DNA of 64,000 nucleotides from Leptothrix sp. (in: b-proteobacteria) (GTDB lineage Bacteria; Pseudomonadota; Gammaproteobacteria; Burkholderiales; Burkholderiaceae_C): NCBI GenBank assembly GCA_041083665.1, contig JBFPGZ010000013.1, positions 3,740 to 67,739 of the forward strand, read 5' to 3'. Shown piece by piece: positions 56,801 to 59,013 of this stretch (position 1 is its first letter; each line of letters starts with the position of its first letter). The notes under the pieces were generated by a model. It saw only the letters and a program-made list of their open reading frames with translations, ran no database searches and was not told where the DNA came from. The position numbers and the translations under genes were made by a program.

Positions 56801-56834
56801 TCAAAGAAGCGTGCTTTTTCATGGTGACCACCAT
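35811..56834 (-). CDS. Giant TPS exoprotein (TpsA/filamentous-hemagglutinin family, 7007 aa)
   Basis: N-terminal ESPR-type signal 'MKKHASLNRIYRLLWNDAIGAFVAVTEFAKGRGKG'. The TPS domain includes 'VNLYVPTGSSNLINLVRDEQSSIFGRLNA...ANPYGMIVGAGGVINVG'. Thousands of residues of G/A/V/T-rich 'GVGAAVAxN' hemagglutinin-type beta-helix repeats follow. A central N/Q/K-rich low-GC module and three 135-aa tandem repeats sit near the C-terminus. A coupled tpsB lies downstream. Confidence 0.85.
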   Translation of the reverse strand: MVVTMKKHASLNRIYRLLWNDAIGAFVAVTEFAKGRGKGLSGRRVIHAHWTARLIGDVLAWPTAPPVRPTVVAFLCSMFGISPVWCQIIPDGRTRTSITSTATVRDIRTNTISGNNAFNSFSIFNVATGQTVNLYVPTGSSNLINLVRDEQSSIFGRLNAIKDGQIGGAVYFANPYGMIVGAGGVINVGSLHVSTPSTSFIDGFFSKNGAPDQTSITNLLAGREPSSGSGQISIQGTVNASGEISLRAGTINVGGRLFSGARFEGNAPNFTDVVNVNGLRSATNLIVEAGKISIVAEQDAAISGSLSAEGGNGVRGGDINVQAGGNLELAGANILAAGHGTNSPGGTVALYARNNATLGKGALIDASAGSSGDGGSIEFSAANTVELAGGSMAACATQGQSGNILIDPTNLTISSDLLRSASSSTKSDGSVTWNAGSLTLQASEQLTIANNVVVSTRQVTGTTRDAHINDNSTGNSGNLTLQAPHISLGVDSMLLAQATDLYTPGDITLTASQNFSLVNSNSWSGKASISLDGATIKGGNIKLTASSTYDDSILTARFPVTVAVVGSAVEVTASNLTATGNLTLEATSDTRAATSPLVPLGNAVMVSTAEVNVSGASVLNSGADLKLHASSTVNSKVAPGLPDLKKFPGDAGAAQNVIVSTASTHVGDSSELHATKGAELSATNNVTATTKADSSAAGVAAVGGTVALSEVTAVTQAYIDGSAKTDAASLNVTADSQNTLTTSAKAAAKGANKQTDADKAANPSLTEKVLAKFKNQARTTDGSVEVAAAVAVANVNSFTQAFVASTGQQKTTGATTISSKAATSSTVTADGSSTNSDVGVGAAVGLNIGVLANHALVATNSNIDSKSLTVSAKMPTDTAKSAFATSVTSGSGTSNVGVAGALAVNVLANTTSAMIEATKVKLAGGNVLVEAQNLSASTVTAGAKETPANASQPAQVGIGATVGTNVAVNTTTADVADGAGITGANDFTLTSRSGNTTTTTATGGASGDKVAVTPVAAVTMAVNTTTARLGTGDKLDLLGKYTSSAEQTSTTSSTATGQTTGGKAAIGASIGLTFATDKVTTDVERDITTVGAVDVSAKSTSASSTTATASATGGQKADAKDQPINSDGSTGKTVDKQVSDQGDATKKLGSDTITGAPSTTDAAIAASADAKAATEAAATPVTSQPPGSNGSTPADKLAESGKATPTASTSSGGVSVAAAVGVNVGTSTTTATVGASRTVNAGGALTVKSSNQTDASASADGSQVDSGNTQVGVGAAVALNAALVTNQATIGDHDDVKAHGVTVGAYLEKPATGGALTLAGRADNFTPDGKSTTANNFSATAKSGAGASNVGVAGTLAVNAVVAKSEAVVDAGAKVDAGGADVTLEATNQATNKTTADAKVANGKAGVGASVGVDVVVNTAHAEAVNGSTLTHAGNVDVAALGLYTQDASANGGTTGAKVSITPVVAANIAVNTTTARLGTSLSTLGADGNLSLAATQKSGMTTTATGQAQGEAAVGASLAAAISVDQTKASLDRDATVGGTIDIAANSATSLTTKATAGAKGAATAKKDASGNETPDPDTTVDAQKRTQLDFAKGTNSDSAVANVKTTDVPAAKTPDVNTQTPDSTTEPTEATATGGDQKGKQVSVAAAIGVGLADNESLASIGAGRKVSTGAGKKLAVDAQTDTNYTTFASGEAVSDNVGVAAAVALTATTNKTDATIGSGTTIAQAGDVSVTATSHQNTDAKFLRTMSAEAISGASGGDVAVAGALAVVGNTNETLASIDEGASLGSSTGLSVKPVGDVVVNSDDTSHVAAAARAGALSKGGTSKAGVGASFAVLLAHNQNTAAIGRDANDNGTFDPTSIQADSLTVKASNESVESLLTGGLALSTFKDINKSSYIDNLDPAVYTGLNYYTEAVAGAASSGNAAVAGAFAVNVLNNTTKATLGDGVSATLTGSQRLDQTHADGGLGLEVSSHSDTRAASFAGGVAGAKQAGVGLSDSDLVDLDQTLASVGKNGTIVATAAGASVSADSHQTIVNIGISGGLGTQSVGIGGVLGLDLSLVKTEASVGAGASLKAQGNVDVLATNELTSVIAAGGVGGGKDAGVGASIAANVIANQTKATIGQGAVLDSTGKATVSAQASETAVTAVIAGAGGGTVGVAGAVSLDLILTDTEASLAQGAKINPDTAYSNAAQSVSITARDDTVVVGAAGGAGGGGKAGVGAAVDTSILIKTVKATTGDSSEVHAKKDVEIDATSTDHITSISAGFAGGGTAGVGGAVSIAVNKNDVQAAIGNSATVDADGNVLVNAQDDVTAVLTAGAGAAGGTAGVGGSLAVATLLQTTKATIGHGATVNALGNGTAATVYSGATGLTNPATQPTVLGSKLTESANGLSVTAYNREDLMTTVVGGAGGGSAGVAATVSANVIASTTEASIGQSAQINADNTNGNADQQVRVKAIDEALLIDTAGAVAGGGAAGVGAAANAGVIAKTTTAKIGKGVVVNAKKAIELDATSSDLSVTTTAGFAGGGSAGVGGAVAGVGVANTTEATIEAGTSAADAAKLKVTAGDLAVAASEFSSSWLVTGAGAGGGAAGVGGSLSVGVNSSTTLAKIGAYAQTDATGKTSVHADSTENVNAITIAGAGGGAAGVSGSISIDVVKSDTEAGIGQHAQVNQDKNGAGQTVEVKATDNLFSIAAAGAGAGAGAAGVGGSAAVTVALNTTSAYIDNNAAVSASQDIGVEATSTKHVNSATVAGAGGGAAGVAGAVSVIAVGSLLDGDAQSGLHTQDANGSTVTTQSQADAQTPLATNSAVGKQLGDSSLSTGAASDLSTNSSNKLAVSPSMSANTSMPLMNTQAYVGSGATVKAGRDLTVHASDTTQAVVASGAGAGAGVAGVAGSIGVVLLHDDAAASVADAAAVSAHHTMTVAAETGDDVYNVGVTGCGAGAAGVCGSTVVNVVTSETAAHIGAANVNQDTTTTSGRSVDVKATSTSNLFTAAGSGAAAVGGVAVGGVLNVNTLQKNTTAYIAAGSNVTADQDVVVAAQSSQNIIGAALSIQGSGAAAVGGAASVNVVHNTTEAYIGANRDATDKTALTTVNSDGNVVVAAGDDTLLVGVSATGTGAGGDAVNGAIAAYILSSQTYAYVGDNASVNARGNASGISVDNGLIGSTAGAMPKLPTGAPDSVNADNNGTSEGSLVNGASFTVSGGNASRSVDPSVANDSQGQAIQAKGGLGTKGTQTITGLAVTATGNEKVVTASMGVAGAGAIGGTGTGTADVVETVTDARIGSGAQVNQTGSTGTAPAVTVLAADNSLVVMASGTVAGGGGAAVSGSVNSAVLGKKTHAHIDAGAKLDASDVVVKASSAEHVYVIAANASVGGGAGVGAATGTAVASNDTQATIGANVGIAATNRIAVTAEADTTLDLYSVAGAGGIVGASGAFSIGVIGNTTGAHVDNGATLDASGATEVTASSTEQITTGTVSAAGGGIGVAGAVGIKVVKSATTADIGDNAQINQTATGTAQDVTLGATDTVTLAGGSGSAAIGAYGAGAAAEVNVVRNTTIAKIGNSAKVSAGRDITVNAESSKDVQSASITAAGGATTGIAGAVTLAFVGDVLDSDADSGLGDGKTASAADAAMHNNRVSSQMGKDEHVQGAKTTTTNNESSHGVASDLNIKTATDKTTDQTTATISSGATLVATRNVNVTAHDSTQLELKAAGAAAGDVGIGGAVAVGVTHSTTQASVGSSASIEAQGNVTVSATADNLDPKKTRIEADTGAFGVLAGSAAVAVMDDHSTTSAYLDDSADIKQAAMLWVTAQNNRQAHAVAQGATVGVSAIGGSDATAVFDGSTKAYTGDKVNIGQAGTDKKVDNVNVEATDAYAASAEATAGSAGIVSGSGAVATATVSSTVDAYLGTTQAGYANHTVSVTATSQASATANAHGVNAGQAAVGASESIAKLTPTVTAFVGSGSTITAGELDVKAQVTLPSSGTAVQANSLAASGGLVGVNGAVSTAVNNASSTSYIGDNSTINGNLSVLAQTDTKQSAEASGGAIGYYFAAGAEVAKATTGTTTDAHLGNGAKVTGTTLTVKASGTDDNYASAIAGSGGIVAGSAADVTTTSTSTTKASTGSGNTDRKLNVSSLDVDASHTTNFNGKVDSVNAAAVGASGASANHTVTSTVTAGIGDGGYVEADDVTVKATNQAKKEWLSGSDVLNWNVLAGSGGAIGVPAGASISHVSEDTTASVGNDATVNRLAKAHIDAVNNTTTYTEGSFTLDATNVIVGHDKVKLDSAGLIALALSDSEFHVDHANATAKFGSNSTVSSELGNINAGSHSEVDIDTRAVANAWGLAGAPAGTAVSAYVGNNSLVVNTGAQLTADGGEVYLGGGQASDGKLSDINTQSSVNLWNKTAGPIITTPDAHSTITSNAEVNILGGANVKAAGDIYLNADKGILSATATGIGKDIYRELAADIAKAAGDLFGGGDVSFDVKGGISSLGGLSTVQVDGTAETGIHRNASLTLDPILTTTSTCATPPCRGANGEVLWTLVTKPKDNIGYTVDYGIGIADNIQKRIDKLRNLKAQYAGDPNAVAAYDAEIKFLQYKMVTMGLGVYDANGNYVPGKASGPSPQGAALNQLAGQESIVLKSVGDAYAAGNSFNSTVDTANSAQSTLQTATETVITNAKTVADNNTNIKSQLQLLAGFNGLTGQTEADYTALNKKISANDQLVADIVALKTANTNDQNSINSKQNAVNNNLKAIDAGNKYQATLVQRALTGDASVAAQIVSQQVLLDKAQTQVNQLTGDITYLMKNIDLHNGDINAKVGELNDNNSIISQLQTSLTKALAGGPSDATVSKKINDLLSSNSTPVGDIKKAVSGIGTSNKNINQAYMDANGFQTKINNSVTDTTRSNAMSQVNTIAGTLPTLDTTAAKSATTNAVTLGDVNLKLGSISIKGDRLIGSGVLSAPGDAQISITNNTPDILITNGLSIDSTSGGTITLNGNQVNNNADINRINGSMGGAAGANFATVLTRDSQGADVAKPSITITSNYDPNSPLYANLPAPAPDIELNGDISNLRGGVSVQSKAGTIYSNGSIVAGTVNIKAENGDFVKSYVDGFYHVGGDEASIYDIGTPRGTGILANGSVIISARYLNINSTVQSGIDQWTLTLTDSPTLTGTPSMFGLGTKINDYQASYDKYPSLNADYDKAIDDWKTRFALYKQYSLLYPDPGSAPTKPTSVGDTVTMQSGGASFTYNAKTKQITYDMANAVTFAKSPEGTANNPSGLYPLLPSNGDNIAAYYDPIKDRFEVNGAKVSGGYIQLFGQIMNTGSDNVGKLRVLDGYGQINVSNQTTKTVVINNLDTGSDPTGTLRGTAGKIDIMDIQSVNNIDHTSQAIHSVYTRDYDPTSGVGAMKSVSNTGTINKNGSFEETGASNIVIDPINNNGRNATYTPQEGLRYVWSTGTDDSTYTNYQVKGTTVLGVEATQGAFPADITIVNQSGPFTKNSYQLENATYLITDKSKINTPFVSTSNTFITSDVRVKTAQWMDCNWWTLCAAQDVYSNWTQTTGTTTITTKSFKADHNIGIDFIGFDQGGLKVDSKADVLVQGAIHNVAGTTTLSSTGSILQKGDKGLISTKNLDLTAAGSIGSYDLQTQTATPLKLAITAGGIINASAANGNVVLSQTLGNLNLGLVNAAGKAADGLGRLMIDAAGDIQGAAGYDIQANLMDLTSRTGTIGSIDTPLKLKVGYTDELMSRGYYGLTASAQNDIGIQSIGWSGNANGDLLVNTVVSQGGDVRLKTAGRIIDNNAIEGINHTTWDGLLKYWDSVGLRSGTQENADLLNQAVASLENLRTQDYRLYWQIRARQADSSVFDPTFTYTATKAERDALNMTNLQIADFETARTAQYHALNTAVGSFTAIFDPNYHYVATQSDKDPLQKGSSWTDRELAISINVGALKEVTNTNPVQKNANVRGNHVTLEADTAIGETKTAVTVPYDVDPACVTGSTCLTDTMKVALAMAERGDLLFNKNDITVLNRKPINFAAPGGLSVNVAGTNASNSDNGNAYLASLGDGVLDTVDTVGDTRIKVIGSIQNLTTSTPAVKVDAGNLILEAANGAIGSTSSPLRIDLKSAATLTARAAGDINLVKSDNLNIDTVYSRSAVNLTSTKGSILDAFADDYLNILGRTVSLHAANGNVGQGTNALEVGVNLDGWIDASASQGVYLAGPLGHSFVVQDVSAAAIDLHSVVNMGVMGKVAAPTALNLSAGADINMAPSAMLYSSAGNIDVQTGSLTMQDGSVTRAEQGTVTIGATSDMIIGHIEATSNASAAAIKLTTNGRILNGGNANGANLVATTAGARLTMQAKGGIGNAKVTAQGIDATTPDALELNVAWFDANSQNGSIQIATAGSMNAGTVQAAKDVTLVSGAGLTASRVTTSVGKVDISSAGAMAVDTVAAGNDAKLVADGDITVTSLSASHDVLATSGRDVVVDTLQAQTGDAVVKTHRDLKLGTVSAGGLADLAAQTGNLTIKQLTADRTNMTSAGAMNASTVQAVKDVTLVSGAGLTASRVTTSVGNVDMSSAGAMAVDTVAAGNDAKLVAGGDITVTSLSASHDVLATAGRDVAVDTLQAQTGDAVVKAHRDLKLGTVSAGGLADLAAQTGNLTIKQLTADRTNMTSAGAMNASTVQAVKDVTLVSGAGLTASRVTTSVGNVDMSSAGAMAVDTVAAGNDAKLVAGGDITVTSLSASHDVLATAGRDVAVDTLQAQTGDAVVKAHRDLKLGTVSAGGLADLAALTGNLNIKQLTANGANTSARHNLVIDNAQANDSVLLSAETISASITGKNPSKPLHGSVTGPQGAPAAQVELTFRDPVGTVLDEFSAVNGNIRVPDGFMAINHGYVQNTATFSNPVTDVLMDNTSKAIRQAADVQLFSSSGSFSNLLLDGWTTMVNDAYVLMRDPDHGVVMNGRRDTSAAEEARSGVESKNGPPWPSRGPLLSLGELLIAPKPWMAAAVQVVDEPASTGDANKSTNTRSKAK
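36480..37700 (-). repeat. Three tandem 405-bp (135-codon) near-identical repeats in the 3' region of tpsA-2
   Basis: The 60-mer 'gccagatcagccagcccgcctgcgctcacggtacccaatttcagatcacgatgggccttg' recurs at 36541 and 36946 (identical) and at 37352 (a few mismatches). The protein repeat reads 'SAGAMNASTVQAVKDVTLVSGAGLTASRVTTSVGNVD...LTADRTNMT' three times. Confidence 0.85.
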
Positions 56835-56944
56835 CGTTCCGTTACATCGGATTGGTTATTACTCTTACCAGCCCGGTTCATTTCAAGATCAAGTAGCTGG
56901 CATCAATGCATGGCATCATATATCTCCCATCCGTCTGATCGACT

Positions 56945-56979
56945 CAGCAATTTGCTGGAGCGGGATCAGCAAATTGCTG
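56945..56979. promoter_or_regulatory. Pair of 13-bp palindromes, candidate operator in the tpsA-2 upstream region
   Basis: CAGCAATTTGCTG (56945-56957) and CAGCAAATTGCTG (56967-56979) are each self-complementary around a central base and sit 9 bp apart, about 110-145 bp upstream of the tpsA-2 start. Confidence 0.4.
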
Positions 56980-57170
56980 ATATTCCGGCCGATCTGACCC
57001 AGATCATGTCAGCGCTATCACCTTGATGATCTGCACCGGTTCGCAGTTCTCGACAGCAGTCTGGACTGACTTGATCAGACGTCAAGCGAAGCTCTGGTCC
57101 GGCGAGGGTGCTGGTGAAGGGCTGCCGTCCTGGCAGACAGCCTGCTCCTGCCAGAGCAAAGTCATCTCAA

Positions 57171-57450
57171 CCTGTCCCAACAGGTTGACCATCCTATTGG
57201 GACATGTGGGTCGTCCTGTTCGAACAGGTTGCCCCACCTGTTCGGACAGGTGACCTGCCATGTTGGGACAGGTGACGTCACCTATTCGGACAGGTTGACC
57301 GTCCTGTTGGGACAGGTGACATCACCTGTTGGGACGGATTCGGTGTCAGGCGGGGGCTGAGCGGGTAGCGCGGCCTGAAATCGGGAGCAATCAGTTGGGA
57401 CAGGTGAACTCACCTCTTCGGACAGGTGACATCACCTGTTGGGACAGGTT
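57171..57450. repeat. Array of about 11 imperfect 22-bp direct repeats (consensus CCTGTTGGGACAGGTGACATCA) built from alternating inverted 8-mers ACAGGTGA/TCACCTGT
   Basis: Units start at about 57171, 57192, 57214, 57236, 57261, 57280, 57302 and 57324. After a 55-bp GC-rich gap, more follow at 57392, 57413 and 57435. Each unit contains TCACCTGT-tggg-ACAGGTGA. Adjacent units create ACAGGTGA-ca-TCACCTGT, giving a continuous chain of overlapping palindromes. Confidence 0.8.
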
Positions 57451-57683
57451 CGCTGTAACAGCGGCTTGATCCGATGGGAACCGGCACGCAGGCGGCAATA
57501 ACGCAACACCTCATGGCAGATGTTCTTGATGAATGTTAAGCCATCATGACTTAAACGTAAGCATCTCAATGCAAATGCAAGCATTTTTTGCTGGCCCACC
57601 CCGAATCAGCCCCGATATGCAAATAATGCCCTTACGCCTTGTCGGCATTGTGACGCCACGGCGTTCAACCTGGGAGAGCAACG

Positions 57684-58331
57684 ATGCAACCGAAACTGTC
57701 CGCCAGCATGAAGACCCTGAGCGACGCGAACCTGATCGACCGCTCGGAGCACGTGCATATCTGCATGACCGACAACAAGTTCTTTCCGCTGCCCTGGGCA
57801 CCGGGCGTGCCGGTGCCGGTTGAACTGGGCACGGCCATCGGTAATTTCAAGACCACCTATCACGCCAGCCAGACGCGCGATACCACTAAGATTGCCGAGC
57901 GCAAGAAGGCGCGTGCAATTCTCGAAGACATATTGAGCCAGATTGCCGCATACGCTGAACTGGTAGCGCACGGCAATATGGAGGCATTGGCCAGTTCAGG
58001 TTTCGAGCTGCGCCGCGATACCGGCCCGTCGGGTGCTGGCAATACTCTGCTGCCGGCGCCGGTTGATTTCCGTGTCGTGCAGGGTGAGCTGAGCGGCAGC
58101 GTGCTGCTGCACGTCGCCCGGCAGGCGGGCTCGGCCAGTTATGCCATTCAATACACCGAGGGCGACCCGAACGTCGAGGCCAACTGGCAGCACGCGCCCA
58201 CCTCGGCCACCGCCGCGCACATGAAGCTGGCTGGCCTGACGCCCGGCCATGTCTACTGGTTCCGCGTCTGCGGCATCAACAATGCCGGCTACGGGCACTG
58301 GACCGATCCGATCAGCCTGATGGTGATCTGA
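57684..58331 (+). CDS. Hypothetical protein with a C-terminal fibronectin type III-like domain, no signal peptide
   Basis: The C-terminal 'SASYAIQYTEGDPNVEANWQHAPTSATAAHMKLAGLTPGHVYWFRVCGINNAGYGHWTDPISLMV' matches the FN3 beta-sandwich pattern (W...Y.FRV...N..G). RBS GGGAGA sits 6 nt upstream of the ATG. Confidence 0.5.
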   Translation: MQPKLSASMKTLSDANLIDRSEHVHICMTDNKFFPLPWAPGVPVPVELGTAIGNFKTTYHASQTRDTTKIAERKKARAILEDILSQIAAYAELVAHGNMEALASSGFELRRDTGPSGAGNTLLPAPVDFRVVQGELSGSVLLHVARQAGSASYAIQYTEGDPNVEANWQHAPTSATAAHMKLAGLTPGHVYWFRVCGINNAGYGHWTDPISLMVI

Positions 58332-58337
58332 GGCTCG

Positions 58338-58392
58338 GCACGTAGTCGGACACACGGTAGTGATGCCGGCCGAAGCCACTTCGGCGTCATGG
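58338..58392 (-). pseudogene. phnM-derived remnant: two short segments of phnM fused, with the intervening sequence deleted
   Basis: 58338-58352 'ggcacgtagtcggac' is identical to phnM 59227-59241. 58352-58391 matches phnM 59870-59909 at 39 of 40 positions and encodes the 'HDAEVASAGITT' fragment of PhnM. Confidence 0.6.
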
Positions 58393-58453
58393 AAGATCGT
58401 TGGGCCGTTACGCCGCGAATTGCCAATACGTATCCCATGGGATACACTTGCTT

Positions 58454-58627
58454 ATGCGCATACGGACAACAGAGTTCTACCGCGACTGGATCAACGCACT
58501 CAAGGATCGTGCAGCACGCGCTCGCATCCAAGTGCGGGTTGACCGCTTGGCCCACGGCAACCCCGGCCAGCACCGCAATCTCACTGATGGAATCTCTGAG
58601 TTGAAGGTCGATGTAGGCCCCGGTTAA
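58454..58627 (+). pseudogene. C-terminally truncated RelE/ParE-superfamily addiction-module toxin (TIGR02683-like)
   Basis: 'EFYRDWINALKDRAARARIQVRVDRLAHGNPGQHRNLTDGISELKVDVGPG' matches the conserved N-terminal half of 'addiction module killer' proteins. It stops right after the GPG motif, where homologues continue with 'YRVYF...' for about 40 more residues. The antitoxin ORF starts 7 bp later. Confidence 0.6.
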
Positions 58628-58633
58628 ACGGTC

Positions 58634-58951
58634 ATGCCTAAGTCAAGCAAAAGCACCCCAGCGGCAACCAAAACGGTCGCTTACGACGTCGCAGAACAGT
58701 TGCGAACTCCTGAAGAGATGGCCGCTTATCTCGACGCCTGGCTCACTGAAGCGCCCGACGACATCGCTGGCATCGCGCGCGCGCTCGGCGATATTGCTCG
58801 TGCCAAAGGCATGGCTCAGGTCGCCAAAGAGGCCGGGTTGAGCAGGGAAAGCCTTTACAAGGCTCTCAGTGAGAATGGGAATCCGAGCTTTGCCACTATT
58901 TTGAAAGTCACCAAAGCCCTCGGCGTCAGGCTGCATGCTGGCACGACATGA
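58634..58951 (+). CDS. Addiction-module antidote protein (HTH, TIGR02684-like), partner of the RelE/ParE-type toxin
   Basis: 105 aa. 'DAWLTEAPDDIAGIARALGDIARAKGMAQVAKEAGLSRESLYKALSENGNPSFATILKVTKALGVRL' is the typical antitoxin HTH of this pair family. Confidence 0.7.
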   Translation: MPKSSKSTPAATKTVAYDVAEQLRTPEEMAAYLDAWLTEAPDDIAGIARALGDIARAKGMAQVAKEAGLSRESLYKALSENGNPSFATILKVTKALGVRLHAGTT

Positions 58952-59013
58952 AGGAAGCATCGTTCATTCCCCCGGACTAATCTCGCTCCCCACTGACATT
59001 GACGCCCGCCCCC

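Noticed and set aside
35811-56834. Contact-dependent inhibition (CdiA-CT/CdiI) system
   Set aside because: No VENN or Nx(E/Q)LYN demarcation motif was seen in the C-terminal region, and no small immunity ORF sits between tpsA and tpsB because they overlap. This could be revisited if profile searches find a novel pre-toxin domain.
57171-57450. CRISPR array
   Set aside because: The repeats are directly abutting 22-bp units with no unique spacers of 26-72 bp, and no cas genes are nearby. This is a palindromic tandem repeat, not CRISPR.
58289-58573. 94-aa minus-strand ORF spanning the phnM scar and the toxin remnant
   Set aside because: It is out of frame with respect to the PhnM-derived peptide, crosses two unrelated remnants, and is unlikely to be a real gene.
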